Below are positions 23,861 through 36,357 of a stretch of 64,000 bases of DNA, in pieces. Origin of the DNA: Isurus oxyrinchus (lineage: Eukaryota). The position numbers were made by a program, and so were the translations under genes. Every line of letters starts with the position of its first letter. The stretch's first letter is position 1. The notes under the pieces are model-generated. The model saw only the letters and a list, made by a program, of their open reading frames with translations. It was not told the DNA's origin and did not search any database. The stretch is from assembly GCA_026770705.1 (NCBI GenBank), contig JANJGN010000052.1:1178001-1242000 (forward strand), read 5' to 3'.

Positions 23861-24275
23861 CCAACACCGTCCTTTGTTGATGTTGTGACTTTATAAAGAC
23901 AGATTCCAATGATTGATGCCTTTGAAAGATTTCTACTGGTTATTGACATCTGGATGTGAGTCTCAGGTCTGTTGTACAGAACATCTTTCTAGCTCAAGGG
24001 ATGAGGGAAGTGCAGAGACATGAGCTTTGGGGCATCCTGAGGAGGTGAAAGGTGCTATAGAAATGCAAATCCTTCATTGATTTTCTTTCTTAAAGCCTTG
24101 TAACTCTCTGCAGAGCACCTATCATCCCACAGAGAATCAAATTCTTCTGTGAAGATATTGTCTAAAAGCTGTTCTGATCTCTTGAAAGCTGTCGGACAAT
24201 AGGTGAAGTCTCATTAACTCCTTTCTATTTCACAGCTTGAGAGTGAGAAGTGGATGGACTATCTGGGAGTGGACA

Positions 24276-27200
24276 ATGATCGGGAAATCTTACTTCCTCC
24301 TGTCACTTCTCCAAGGTAATATCATCGTCAGTATGGACAGATTTATGTTTAACAGTTTTTGTAAAAGATCATTCTTATCTCTTTATCTCTGTAACGTCCT
24401 GCAACTCAACCAAACAGCTTCCCAGATCTCTGTGTTACTCCAATTCCGGCCTCTTGACCATCCCCCGATTCCCATCACTCCAATAGTGGCGGCCGTGCCT
24501 TCAGCTGCCTGGGGCCTGAGCTCTGGAATTCACTCCCTAAACCTCGGCGATGGAGGAGATCAGAGGGTTTCATTTTACTGAGAATCACCACGACCACATC
24601 ACAGCTGCAGTCAGAATAGACAGAGAGTCCAGCCCTCACACTTCCTGCACAGTTTCACCATAGCAACCACAATAAGGAAGTAAAATAACTGAAAGTTAAA
24701 CCGAAGCCAAACCAGTCGGTGTAGAGAGATGAGATGTTTACACAGTTTCCCTGTGTATCTTGTAGACACTGTGTTGGGTGGAAGACTGGCTTCAGTAAAC
24801 AGAGTCCTGAGGACCATGAGCCAATGTAGAATGAACTTGTCCACTCCTGTGTCCAGGATTCTCTTCCATCCATTGTGAAACCTTGGGGAGTTCCTTGTGT
24901 GTCCTGTAGATGGTCCACACAGCAGCCACTGTGCCCCAGTGATGGAGGGGGTGGATATCGAGTCTAGTGGATTGACAAACCATCCAGAGTTAAATATTGA
25001 TATTTATATTACCCTGTAACCCGGCTTCACGGTTCTGGTAAGTGCTGCGTTATAATTACTCAACAATTCACATCCAACACTCAATGGGAAATAACACTTA
25101 CTGTGACGTTTACATATTAACACAAAACACAGCTTATTATAACACACTGTCTGATTCTCAATAACCTGGTGATCGCTTCCAGTTCAGTCCTAAAGCAACC
25201 TCTAATACTCACTTTAATATCAATGATGAAAAGCATTAACTGTATTATCAGGTTATCCATTCCCATCAATCTCTCCTGTCCTGTTTAAAAGTCTGACGTA
25301 TCGATAAAAGAAAGATGTGCATTTCTGCAGCGCAATTTACCACCTCAGGAGGATCCAAATCCCTTCACAGCCAATGAAATTATTCCTGAATTGTAGTCAC
25401 AGATGTTAAACACAGCAGGCAGTTTGTGCACAGCAAGATCCAACAAACCACAATGTAATAAATCACCCAGATCACTGAGGAAATGAGAAGCCAGTGAACT
25501 CAAACCTCTGGTCTGATGAAGAGTCATACGGACTCGAAACGTTAACCCTGTCTTCCTCTCCACTGATACTGTCAGACCTGCTGAGTCTTTCCAGCAATTT
25601 TTGTTTTGGTTTCAGATTTCCAGCATCCGCAGTATTCTGCTTTTAACTCCAATCTCTGGTCTGAGCCTCTTCTCTCATCCAGTGTTCTCAATTCACATGT
25701 CTCGGAGTGAACGTGTATTAAGCTGAGAGACAGAAACACTACTGCCAAAGAGCAAGAAAATCTTTCCTGATCATTGTAACCTCTCAGTTCTGATATCATC
25801 CTTGTAAAAGTGCTTTCTCTTGTGGGACTGTGATTTCTATTTGAACTGATGCTTCACGTTATATTTCTCTAAAAGGATCCATTCTCTGTCTGTTAGATTT
25901 CACAGATAAACCCATGATATTCCCTGCGGAAATTATTGCAGGAAAGCCTGTGGATGTAAGCTGCACCTTCAACACAACGTGCAATGGAACAGCAGCACCT
26001 GTCTTAACCTGGGACACTCCCACTGACGTCCCTGGATCAGTCTCATACACTGTAACTCAGCATGGTGTCACTCTGACCTATACTTGTGTTGTGACCCTGA
26101 TTCCATCACTCAAACACCACGGACACACTCTCAGCTGCAGAGTGAGATATCCATCTGTTTCATCGGAGCGGACCCTCGTACTAACTGTGCAAGGTAATTA
26201 CATACACTTTCATTCTACATCAGCACTCCCTCAGCGCTGACCCTCTGACAGTGCAGCCCATTCTCAGTATCCACATTCTAAGGCCTCTCTAAGTGCTTCA
26301 AAGTCGATAGAAGTTAATTGATCTTTATTTGATTATTGCTGAATGAAGAGACAAGCTGTCTAAACTTTATATCTCGCACACACCATTCTCCATGGCAACA
26401 CCTCCACCTATCAGAGACCACTTGCCAACCAATCAGCACTCTCTTCCCATTAAGTATAAATTGTTGTTCACTTTCTGTTGGTAATCCTGTGAACGGGCTT
26501 CTTGATTCCTGCCCTGACATCTTAATGTCCCAATGAACAGAACAACTTCCAACAATGAGCTGTGGTTAGTGATTCCTCACATTACATCCAGGGACACTGG
26601 AGACTATCAGTGTGTGGCAGAGAATGAACATGGAGCAGTGGAGGGATTCATAACCATCACTGTGGAACGTGAGTGTACACAGACTTCAACATCTCTCGCA
26701 GATTCGAACACGACACAAACACCCTCAAACATACACATCTAAGTAGACACATGCAGACACACATATATGACCACACAGAAAGACACACTCACACACAAAC
26801 ACACTAACACACACTCCCCTGTGGGCTACCTGACCTCCCTCAGTACTGCCCTGGAGAGTTGGCCTGAATTCTGGGATTTGTGTTCCCATTCATATTTATG
26901 CAAGAATATGGAAATTACAAAGTCTATTACAGACAGTCAGATGCATAGAGACACTCACAGATACTCTCTGCCTCTCCAACTCTCTCTCTCCCTTTAAGAA
27001 GCTTCCTGAAAGCTCACCCTTCGAACAATCACCGGTCCCAAATCCTCCTTATCTGATTTGTGTGATTTTCTTTGTGTATTTGAGAGTAAGCGAGAGGTGG
27101 AGAGGTTTAGGAGGAGAATTCCTGTTGGTGAAAAGCTTACATCATGTTCTCACCTTTCCAGTGCCCATATTTTACATGATGTCCAATGTCCTTGTTCATA

Positions 27201-29275
27201 ATGGGAATTGCCTATGTAAACATCACGCTGTAGTTACAGTCTCCTACCAGTGGTGGCATTGTAGCACTTAATCCTTGTGTTTCCCAGCTTTTCAAGCAAC
27301 TCCACTTCCCAGTTTGCTCCACAAGCTGTGAGTTCATTGGAATTCAATTATTTCTCAAACGGTAGATTTGATGTCATTTTATTGAAAACTTCCTCAGTGC
27401 CTCCCTGAAGGGTTGACACTCTCTGGGAAGCAGGAATAGGCTGGATGTTGGGGAGTTCATCTTTTCCCAAAGAGTAGTGATCCTCGGGAATGTGCTGTCA
27501 GTGGGTGTGGTGGTTGCTGATTCTCTGTCGCCTTCAAGAGGGATCTGGAGTGGTTACTGACTGGGGGAGAGATCATGGAAACGGAGAATGATACAGCACA
27601 GGAGGAGGCCATTCAGTCCATTGTGCCTGTGCCAGGTCTTTCAATGTTCTATCCAATCAGATCCACTAACCACCATTCCAATTTGCCACCATCTTCCTCC
27701 TTTAAGTATTTATCCAATTTCCCTTTTGAAAGTTCCTATTGAATCTGCTTCCACCGCCCTTTCAGGCAGCACCTTCCAGATCACAACAACTCGCTCTGTC
27801 AAAACAAATTCTCCTCATCTCCCCCTTCGGTTCGTCAATCTGTGTCCCTCTGGTTACCGAGCCTCCTGCCCCTTAAGTACATTGATACTGTTCACCTCAA
27901 CCACTCCCTGTGGGAGCGAGTTCCACATTCTCCCCTCTCTCTGGGTAAAGATTGGAACTGTTTATTAAGTGAGGCCTGTAAGTCCGTGGTGGAGTCCATC
28001 TCGATCCTGCCCGATTCGTACACGCGTCCGAGATGGATTTCCACCCTGCACTAAACGTTTCCAGAATTTTCTACAGCACAATCCTGTACACAACGATTGG
28101 GAGAAACATTGGACAGGGAGTCCAACAGCACAATGATCCATTCTCACCAATGTTCCACGCTAAGGGGAAAGTTCCGATTGTCCACTCTTAGAGTGTTTAC
28201 AATGAAAACATTCATTCCACATTGAATCCCAGTGGATGGGTCAATATTACAGCAAATGTTGCAGTGATATGAAGCTTGATTGTTCAGCCAGAGTGAGAGA
28301 TTGAAAGCGGAGAGTCAGTGATGATTTCTTTCTGTGTGTTCTCTAGACAGTGGAGGAGAGATTCTGCACGTGATCCTGATCCTGGGAATACGAGCTGTGA
28401 TATTCCTTGTGGCTGTGGTTATCACTATCGCTGGAGTCTGTGTCTGGGAGAGACAAACAGTGAAAGCAAGTCGACAGACTGTTTGAAGCTTTGTACAGCA
28501 ACAATCTGGTCAGTCAGTGCGGACAAATAACGTGTGATGTTGGGTTAAGTTGTAATGAAACTGGTCAGTGTCCTGGTTAGAATCACCTTCGTATCAGAGA
28601 GGCATTCCAGCACAGTGGGAGCCCATTCAGCCCATTGAGTCCATGCTGTCTCTCTGTAGAGCAATCCACTCAGTCCCATTTCCCCCGCTCTATCCCCGTA
28701 TCCCTGCAAGTTTATTTCCCCTCAAGTGTCCAACCAATTTCCTTTTGAAATCATTCGTCTCCGCTTCCACCATCCTCGTAGGCAGCGAGTTCCAGCTCAT
28801 TACCACTCGCTGTGTAAAAAAGTTACTCCTCACATCCCCCCTCTGCCCAAAACCTTCAATCTGTGTCCCCCAGTCCTTGTCCCATCAGCTAATGGCAACA
28901 GCTTCTCTTTGTCTGCCTTATCTAAACCCATCATCATCTTGTACACCTCGATCAGATCCCCCCTCAATCTCCTTTGCTCCAAGGAGAACAACCCCAGCTT
29001 CTCCAACCCAACCTTGTAGCTAAAATCCCTAATCCCTGGACCCATTCTGCTCAATCTCCTCCCCACCCTCTCAAGGACCCTCACTTCCTTCCCAAAGTGA
29101 GGAGACCAGAACTGGACACAATACTCTAGTTGTCACCTAAACAGAGCTTTATAAATGTTCAGCATAACCTCCCTGTGTTTGTACTCAATCCCTCGATTTA
29201 TGAAAAGCTTATTCTTTCCATCAGCACAAACAGCAATTTCCAAGCAGACTCCCATCAGCAGACAGAGTGCAATGA
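24276..29275 (+). CDS. Gene C: activating-type Siglec-like receptor lacking its V-set domain (possibly a pseudogene); leader 24276-24315, C2 25897-26193, TM from 28347, probable last exon from 29225
   Basis: Leader MIGKSYFLLSLLQ, C2 exon and TM exon are all phase-1 compatible and open. V exon and Ig-repeat exon are deleted at their 5' ends. 3' UTR is homologous to gene A, with AATAAA near 29562. Confidence 0.6.
25007..25037 (+). pseudogene. Remnant of the gene C V-set exon (last 31 nt plus donor)
   Basis: Flanks match both sides of the intact V exon at 63545-63913; acceptor and ~340 nt of exon are missing. Confidence 0.9.
25510..25645 (+). mobile_element. Short interspersed repeat with a hammerhead-ribozyme-like core (Penelope-like element terminus)
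   Basis: CTGATGA-A-GAGTC-atacg-GACTC-GAAA-CGTTA; related partial copies near 30430-30525 (+) and 38890-38975 (-). Confidence 0.55.
25897..26193 (+). CDS. Gene C Siglec domain-2 C2-set exon
   Basis: tgttag|AT TTC ACA GAT AAA CCC...CAA G|gtaatt, 297 nt; VSC-x5-C-x4-P-x-LTW...HHGHTLSCRVRYP...ERTLVLTVQ matches the Siglec second-domain pattern. Confidence 0.88.
26516..26668 (+). pseudogene. 5'-truncated Ig repeat exon in gene C
   Basis: HLNVPMNRTTSNNELWLVIPHITSRDTGDYQC...TVE|gtgagt; nearly identical to gene A repeats; no acceptor or first Cys. Confidence 0.9.
28347..28486 (+). CDS. Gene C transmembrane exon with intramembrane Arg (SGGEILHVILILGIRAVIFLVAVVITIAGVCVWERQTVK)
   Basis: tgtgttctctag|AC AGT GGA... 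phase 1. Ends at a possible GC donor (AAA|gcaagt, 28465) or reads through to TGA 28484-28486. This frame is not in the ORF track. Confidence 0.8.
28590..29200 (-). mobile_element. CR1/L3 LINE 3' fragment
   Basis: LGLFSLEQRRLRGDLIEVYKMM...TRTGGHRLK on the minus strand. Confidence 0.85.
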
Positions 29276-29570
29276 AACATCGGCATGCCTGCTTCTTAAT
29301 GTACGGAGAGAAACCTGGAACGAGAGATTCTCCTTCTTCTCCTCAGCAAGCTGAAACTTTTCCTTATACCTGGTGCTCCCCAGTCCTGCTGTGTGGACAC
29401 ATCATAACCACGGCATTGTCTGGCTGTGTGCAGCCAACATGGTCGAATAGGAATGAACAGAAATGTGACATTGCTAAACTCTGTTCTCTGATTGGAATGT
29501 GCTTTCTGAATGCTGCACCTTTTTCATGCTGCAATAGATTGTAAGAAGCATTTGGGTTATGAATAAAATT
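29225..29570 (+). other. Probable gene C terminal exon (HKQQFPSRLPSADRVQ* if phase 0) and 3' UTR
   Basis: attctttccatcag acceptor; 29425-29570 aligns with gene A 3' UTR 10748-10900; AATAAA near 29562. Confidence 0.5.
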
Positions 29571-29909
29571 ACATTGATTAACACAAGTGATTAAAATGCT
29601 CAGGCTGTTCTGTAGATATTTAAAGATTAAAATTCTTGTTTTGCTGCAAAATACTTGGCTCAAAGACATTACTTCATATTGTCATGTTTTCCAATCAGAT
29701 GAATTCCTCTGTCCATCTTTATAATAGAAATTTCCAATGTAAACATGTCACATTGTAGCTGCACACACTTGCCAGTGGCTGGTGTGATATCAAAGCTGTC
29801 TTGCTGTCGAGAAACAGCGAGAAATATTCCTGTTGTGTGCATGAACTTCATGTTAGCATGAGACACAGGCATCAGATACAATTTTGTGCAATTTGTACAA
29901 TGTTCTTTA

Positions 29910-30430
29910 GACAGCGGAGCACTCCCTCAGTACTGACCCTCCAACAGTGCTGCACTCCCTCAGTTCAGACCCTCCTACAGTGCAGCACTCCCTCAGATCA
30001 GACCCTCCGACAATGCAGCACTCCCTCAGTTCAAACCCTCCGACAGTGCAGCACTCCCTCAGTTCAGACCCTCCGACTTTGCAGCACTCCCTCAGTTCAA
30101 ACCCTCAGACAGTGCAGCACTCCCTCAGTTCAGAACCTCCGACAGTGCAGCACTCTCTCAGTTCAGACCCTCCGACAGTGCAGCCCTCCCTCATTTCAGA
30201 CCCTCCGACAGTGCAGCACTCCCTCAGTTCAGGCCTCCGACAGTGCAGCACTCCTTCAGTTCAGACCCTCCGACAGTGCAGCACTCCCTCAGTTCAAACC
30301 CTCCGACAGTGCAGCTCTCCCTCTGTTCAGAGCCTCCGACAGTGCAGCACTCCCTCAGTTCAGACCCTCCGACAGTGCAGCACTCCCTCAGTACTGAACC
30401 TCCGACAGTGCCGCACTACCTCAGTACTTC
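29910..30430 (-). repeat. 33-bp minisatellite, variant unit (…CTCAGTTCAGACCCTCC…)
   Basis: Tandem gacagtgcagcactccctcagttcagaccctcc. Confidence 0.92.
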
Positions 30431-31549
30431 TCTGCCGATGCTGCCAGACCTGCTGAGTTTTTCCAGGTATTTCTGTTTCTGTTTCTGTTTTGGATTTCCA
30501 GCATCTGCAGTTGTTTTGATTTTAGTGCTGGGCAGTTCCTCAGCAAGGATTCGGGCCACAAAACATTGCGAGTGCTGTGGGTCTGCGCCACGATTTAGAG
30601 AGCTGTGCTTGGCATGCCTATTCTAGTCCCAGTCCAGTGTGGTGGGGACAGCCTGGCAGTCCTGGGTTGGTGGTGCCCAGCATGGTGTGCAGGACGTGGT
30701 CAGTCCCTCACACACGTCGGTCCTGGGGGTGGGTGGCTTGATACTAGGCCGCAGGTGGCACAATCCCAGTCAGGGGAGGCATCTGCAGCCGGTCAGTGGG
30801 GAGCAGGTAATATAGAGAGTAGGGGTGGGGGTGGGAATCGAGGGGGGCCGGTGGTCTCTGTAAGTCACAGTACAATGGGCCTCTAGTTGGAGAGAGGTCA
30901 GGTCTACATGGGGCATTGGGATGTCAACATCAGACAGTCTAGGGAGGAGGACTGGGATGTCAACCCCGAACACAATAAGATCAAGGATTAGAGAGGAAGG
31001 GAGGAGACTGATTGGAAGGAGGGGAATGTGCACATTATGCTCCTCCAGCACGATGGGAGGGACTGTGATGGTTACGGGGGTGGGGGGGGTGAAGTGGGAG
31101 GGGATAGACGCTTACCTGGTGGTATTGCCTCAGCCTCACCCTTTTTCAAGCTGATCCAATGTCGCAGTTGAAGAATAAGCTACAAAACAAATTGGCAGGG
31201 GAGGTCTCCCAGGGCCTGTGGGAGACATCACCCACTGCATCTTTGGCCTGTTTGAAGGGGCACCCGAACAATTCCGGCTTTTCCAAATGATGAGGAAGAC
31301 ACAGCTGCACCCCGAGTCCCCTACTGGGGATCCAGAAGGTTGCAATAGCGCTGCGAGGGACTCATGGGCTCCACAGTGACTCCCTAATTAGCGACTGGAA
31401 GGTTTATGTTCATTTATCTTTATTATCCGTTCATATTGAGCAATGGAGCTCCTGATCTGACACCTTTCTGTACCTCGTCCAATGCTTCTGTTATCAGGAC
31501 TTCCACATCGATGTGAAAGAGCCATGATGATAGCAGACAGTCGCACAAT

Positions 31550-31750
31550 GGGAATGGCACTAGGCCAGTGATCCAGAGGCCCAGGTGAATACTTTGGAGG
31601 TACGGGTTCAAATCCCACCACGGCAGCTGGAGGAATTTAGATTCGATTAATCAATAAATTTAATTGATTGATACATTTTTTTCTTATTCATTTCAGGGAT
31701 GTTGGTGTCGCTGACTAGGCCAGTATTTGTTGCCCATCCCCATTTGCCTT
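31550..31750. mobile_element. SINE head (tRNA-derived, box B GGTTCAAATCC) adjacent to a reversed CR1/SINE tail
   Basis: atccagaggccc...gggttcaaatcccaccacggcag; similar head at about 63005. Confidence 0.6.
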
Positions 31751-31929
31751 TGAGAACATATGGATATCTGAGTTAGGATCAGGAGTAGGTCACTCAGTCC
31801 CTCGAACCTGCTCCGCCATTCAGTAAGATCATGGCTGATCTGATTGTCACCTCAACCTCACATTCCTGCCTACCCCCAATGACCTTTCACCCCATTGTTA
31901 ATCAAGAATCTATCTAGCTCTGTGGAAGG

Positions 31930-33890
31930 GGAGCCAATCAATCGGGCTGCTTTGTCCTGGATGGTGTCAAGCTTCTTGAGTGTTGTTGGAGCTGCACTCA
32001 TCCAGGCATGTGGAGAGTATTCCATCACACTCCTGACTTGTGCGTTGTAGATGGTGGACAGGATTTGGGGAGTCAGGAGGTGAGTTACTGTCTGCAGGGT
32101 TCCCAGCCTCTGACCTGCTCTTGCAGCCACAGTGTTTATATGGCTGGTCCAGTTCAGTTTCTGCTCAATGGTAACTCCCAGGATGTTGATATTGGGGGAT
32201 TCAGTGATGGTAATGCCATTGAATGCCAAGGGCCGATGGTTATGAATGGTCTGTGGGATATTCTGGTACAAAATGTCAACACTCGGACTCCAGATGCAAT
32301 ATTCAAGTGGTTCCTTTATTAGGCATGTGGGGAGCAAACGCTGGGCAGTCCAGGCGCTTCTCCACCGAGGTTCAAATGAGCACAGTTTATATATTTTTTA
32401 CTCTCAGTTACAAGGTAATGGTATTAGTTAGACAAAGGCCACAGCACAATGACCCTCCGGTGGGCTGATAATTGTGTTCTTGTACAGTAATTACAGGGCA
32501 GAGACTGGCTATTGTCCTTTTGAGACAGCAAAGAATCTATGTTTGTTCGATACAAAAGGTTTCCGGAGGCTGACTGGATGTGGTTCAAGGCCATCGGACG
32601 GTGTGAAATAACCTTCCCCAATTCTTGTTTGAGTCACCCTGTGTCCTTGTGTGTGTGTCTCCCATTTCCTCATTGCAAATTTACAGCTGAGCCCTTTGTA
32701 CAGGTTTTTAGCTTTCACGTAAGGATGTGATTGTCTGTGTACGCTTTGTCACCCTAGCTGCTGGTCCTGGCTGGCTCTTTAAAATAAATCCAAATTTTCT
32801 GCGCCTTCAGTTAGATTCTCTCTTGTTGGAGCTGGTCATTGCCTGGCACTTGTGTGGCATGAATGTTACTTGTCACCTGTCAGCCCAAGCCTGGATGTTG
32901 TCCAGGTCTTGCTGCATTTGGACATAACTTGCTTCAGTATCTGAGGAGCCATGAATGATGCTGAACATTGTGCAAACATCAGCAAACATCCCCACTTCTG
33001 ACCTTATGATGGAAGGAAGGTCATTGATGAAGCAGTTGAAGATGTTTGAGCCTAGGACACTACCCTGAGTAACTCCTGCAGTGATGTCCTGGAACTGAGA
33101 TGATTGACCCCCAATAATCACAACCATCGTCCTTTGTGCTGGGTATGACTCCAAGCAGCGGAGAGTTTTCCCCCGATTCCCATTGACTCCAGTTTTGCTC
33201 GGGCTCCTTGTTTTGCCACACTCAGTCAAATGCTGCCTTGATGTCAAGGGCAGTCACTCTCACCTCACCTCTGGAGTTCAGCTCATTTGTGCATGTTTGA
33301 ACCAAGGCTGTAATGAGGCCAGGAGCTGAATGATCCTGGTGGAACACAAACTGAGCGTCAGTGAGCAGTATCTTGCTAAGCAGGTGCTGCTTGCAAGCGC
33401 TGTTGATGACCCCTTCCATCACTTTAGTAATGATCAAGAATAGACTGCTGGGCATTTGGCTGGGTTGGATTTGTCCTGCTTTTTGTGTACAGGACGTACC
33501 CCATAGCCGGGTAGTTGCCAGTGTTGCAGCTGTACTAGAAAATTCCAGAAAAGCTTGGCTAGGGGCGCAGCAAGTTCTGGAGCACAAGTCTTCAGTACTA
33601 TTGCCAGAATATTGTCAGGGCCTGGAGCCTTTGCAATATCCAGTGCCTTCAGCCCTTTCTTGATGTCACGTGGAATTAATCGAATTGGCTAAAGATTGGC
33701 ATCTCTGATGCTGGGGACCTCAGGAGGAGGCCGAGATGGATCAGCCACTCAGCACTTCTGGCTGAAGATTGTTGCGCATGCTTCAGTCTTGTCTTTTGCA
33801 CCGATGTGCTGGGCTCCTCCATCATTGAGGATGGGGATATTTGTGGAGCCTCCTCCTCCAGTGAGTTGTTTAATTGTCCACGACTGGATG
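31930..33890 (-). mobile_element. CR1 LINE ORF2 (RT) fragment interrupted by a solo LTR
   Basis: VALDIKAAFD-like motif, GVTQGSVLG, MFAD in minus-strand ORFs 33222-33587, 32873-33247 and 31870-32337. Confidence 0.9.
32243..32809 (-). mobile_element. 567-bp solo LTR with 4-bp TSD (GTTA)
   Basis: gtta|TGAA...TTCA|gtta splits the LINE motif gatggtta-gattctctc. On the minus strand TATATAAA (32386-32393) precedes AATAAA (32315-32320). Confidence 0.88.
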
Positions 33891-33899
33891 TGACATCTG

Positions 33900-34230
33900 G
33901 AATGCGAAGCTAGTCTCAGTAATGGTGACCATGAAACTAAGGCCAATTGTTGCAAAAACCCATCTGGGTCACTAATGCCCTTTGGGGAAGGAAACCTGCC
34001 GTCCTTACCCATTCTGGCCTACGTGTGACTCCTGACCCACAGCAATGTGGTTGACTCTTAACTGGCCCCTGAAATGGCCGAGCAAGCCACTGAGTTATAT
34101 CAAAACCCGCCACAGACCAGTCAAACCAGGTGAACTGCAGCACTTCGAAAAGGCAGCTCAGCACCCCCTTCTCAAGGGGTCAGTCAGGAACAGGTAACAA
34201 ACGCTGTCCACATCCCGTGAAAGAATTTTG
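33900..34230 (+). mobile_element. SINE body with CR1-like tail
   Basis: ggttcacta-type ...gaaggaaacctgccgtccttacc...tggcctacgtgtgactcc block shared with 63115-63280 and 7850-8050. Confidence 0.6.
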
Positions 34231-36357
34231 GTAAAAAGGTAGCCGTGTATCACCACCCACGGCCAGCGCCAACCCCCCCAACCCTACCTGATTGCACCAG
34301 TTTCAGATTACACCAGGTCAATGAACGGATAGAAACTCAAACCAATGAGATGAGCACAGAGAAGGATCAAGCCAGAGAGAGTTGGTGGGAAGAATTGGGA
34401 AAGCTACAAAAAAGGCAGAGCGGACACTAACACTATAACAAAGTAAAGACCAGAGGAGGAAGGAAGCAAGTGTGAAGAGGAATTGAGAGCAGAGCTGGTA
34501 GGCTGCTTGTTGAAGCCAAGGAACCTCCATAGGGCACACCCACAGTGCTTTTGGGGAGGGAGTTACATGATTTTGACCCAGGATCATCAAGTGTTGCACT
34601 GGCAGAGCCGTTAAAGTACTGACCCTCCGACTGTCCTGCCCCCCCGCCGGTACTGACCCTCCGACAGCTCGGTAATTTCTCAATTACGCCTGGTGGTCCT
34701 TTTAACTCAGAGCTGAGAGTCGCAGAGAATCGAGCAGACACCCTGAACTGACACTTGCAGTGCAAGTACTGGGAGCGCGCTGGTCATTATCATGCTGCTG
34801 TCTGTGGGATCTTACTGTGCGCCAATGGCTGATTCTTTTCCCACAGTACATCAGTGACCTCACATGAAAGAAAAAAAGCACTTGATTGTCTGCGAAACAC
34901 TTTGGGACGTCCTGATGTGTTGGAAGGCGCTAGAGAAATGCAAGTCCTCTTTGTCTTTCACTCGATCCTCTAAGGTGTCTGTTGATTAACCAGCCTCTCG
35001 GTGTATGATGTAGGCCTGGTTATAAACAGTTAGAAGGATCAAATATCAAAAGTGCTTTGGCTGACAGTCAAACCGATTGTGCATTCGGAGAGATTAGATA
35101 CGGTCTGCACACAATGACTCCAGTCTCTGGCACTGACTGCCGCTTGGGGTCTCCCTTCCACATAACACTCACAACTTGCATTTACACAGCGCCTCTGACA
35201 TTGCAAAATGTCCCAGCCCACATTACCGGAGCGTAAATCAGAGAGAAGTCTAACACTGAGTCACATATGGAGATATTAGGGATAGGTGACCAAAAGCTTG
35301 GTCAAAGATGTCAGTTTTTAAGGAGCGTCTTAAAGGAGAGAGAGAGAGAGAGGCAGAGAGGTTAAGGGAGGGTATTCCGGAGCTCAGGGCCCCAGGCAGC
35401 TGAAGGCACGGCCGCCAATGGTGGAGCGATGGGAATCAGGGGGACCCGGGAGATGCAGTAATGTCAGAGATTTTGGAGGAACATCGGGACCGGAGGAGGT
35501 GTTCTCCTGCTCCATATCTCTCTCTCTCTTCCTCTCATCCACTCCTCCTCTCCCTGTCTCTCTCTCTCCTACTCTTCCGCTCAATTGCCCTCTCTCCCAA
35601 TCTTTCTCTGATCTCTCCCTTTTCCTGTCTCTCTCCCTCTCTCTCCCCTGTCTCATTCTCCCACTCTGTATCTCTCCCTCTCTCTCACACTATTTTTGTA
35701 CCTTTCGCTCACTCTGTAACTCTCCCTTTCCTGTTAATTTCTCTCTCTTGGACAATCTCTCTTCCCTTTTCACTTTCCCTCACTCCGCATCTCTTCTTTA
35801 ATTTCTCCCTCTGTCACTCTCTCCCACCTATGTTCTTTCCCTTTCACCCCTCCCCGTCCCACTCTCTGTCTCTCTCTTCCAATCCCTCCCTCCCCCATTC
35901 CATCCCTCTCTCCGACTCTCGACTCCCAGCCTCTCTTTAACCCACTCCCAGGCTGGATCAGTCTCCCTCTCACTATTCCCGGCGTGGGTTACATTTAAAA
36001 TTCCTGTGGGGATATGTTCACTTCCTTGGAAATGCCTCTTCCCAGCTTTGCAAAAAAGTTGGGGGGGGCTCGATTTCAAACATGCCTCCTGAGTATAACC
36101 GAGACAGACTGCCACTGAAATCAGCTTGAAATCAGAAAACTTTCTGTGGAAGAAACGAGCAGGGAGAAACCTTAAAATAAGGAATGAATTTCCACCTACC
36201 GTGTCCGGGGAATCCACAGATTTCTCAATCGTCGAAGAACCGAAAGCAGTGTCAACCTGCAAAAAGAAAGAATTTATCAGGGAGAAAGTGAGAGGAGGAT
36301 TGAGGGAGAGGGAGAGAGAGAGAGAGAGGTACAGGAGAGAGAGGGGGAGGAGGACAG

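Noticed and set aside
30500-31380. GC-rich stretch with several short ORFs (also 37960-38500)
   Set aside because: No recognisable protein motif or splice-consistent exon; probably decayed transposon sequence I cannot classify
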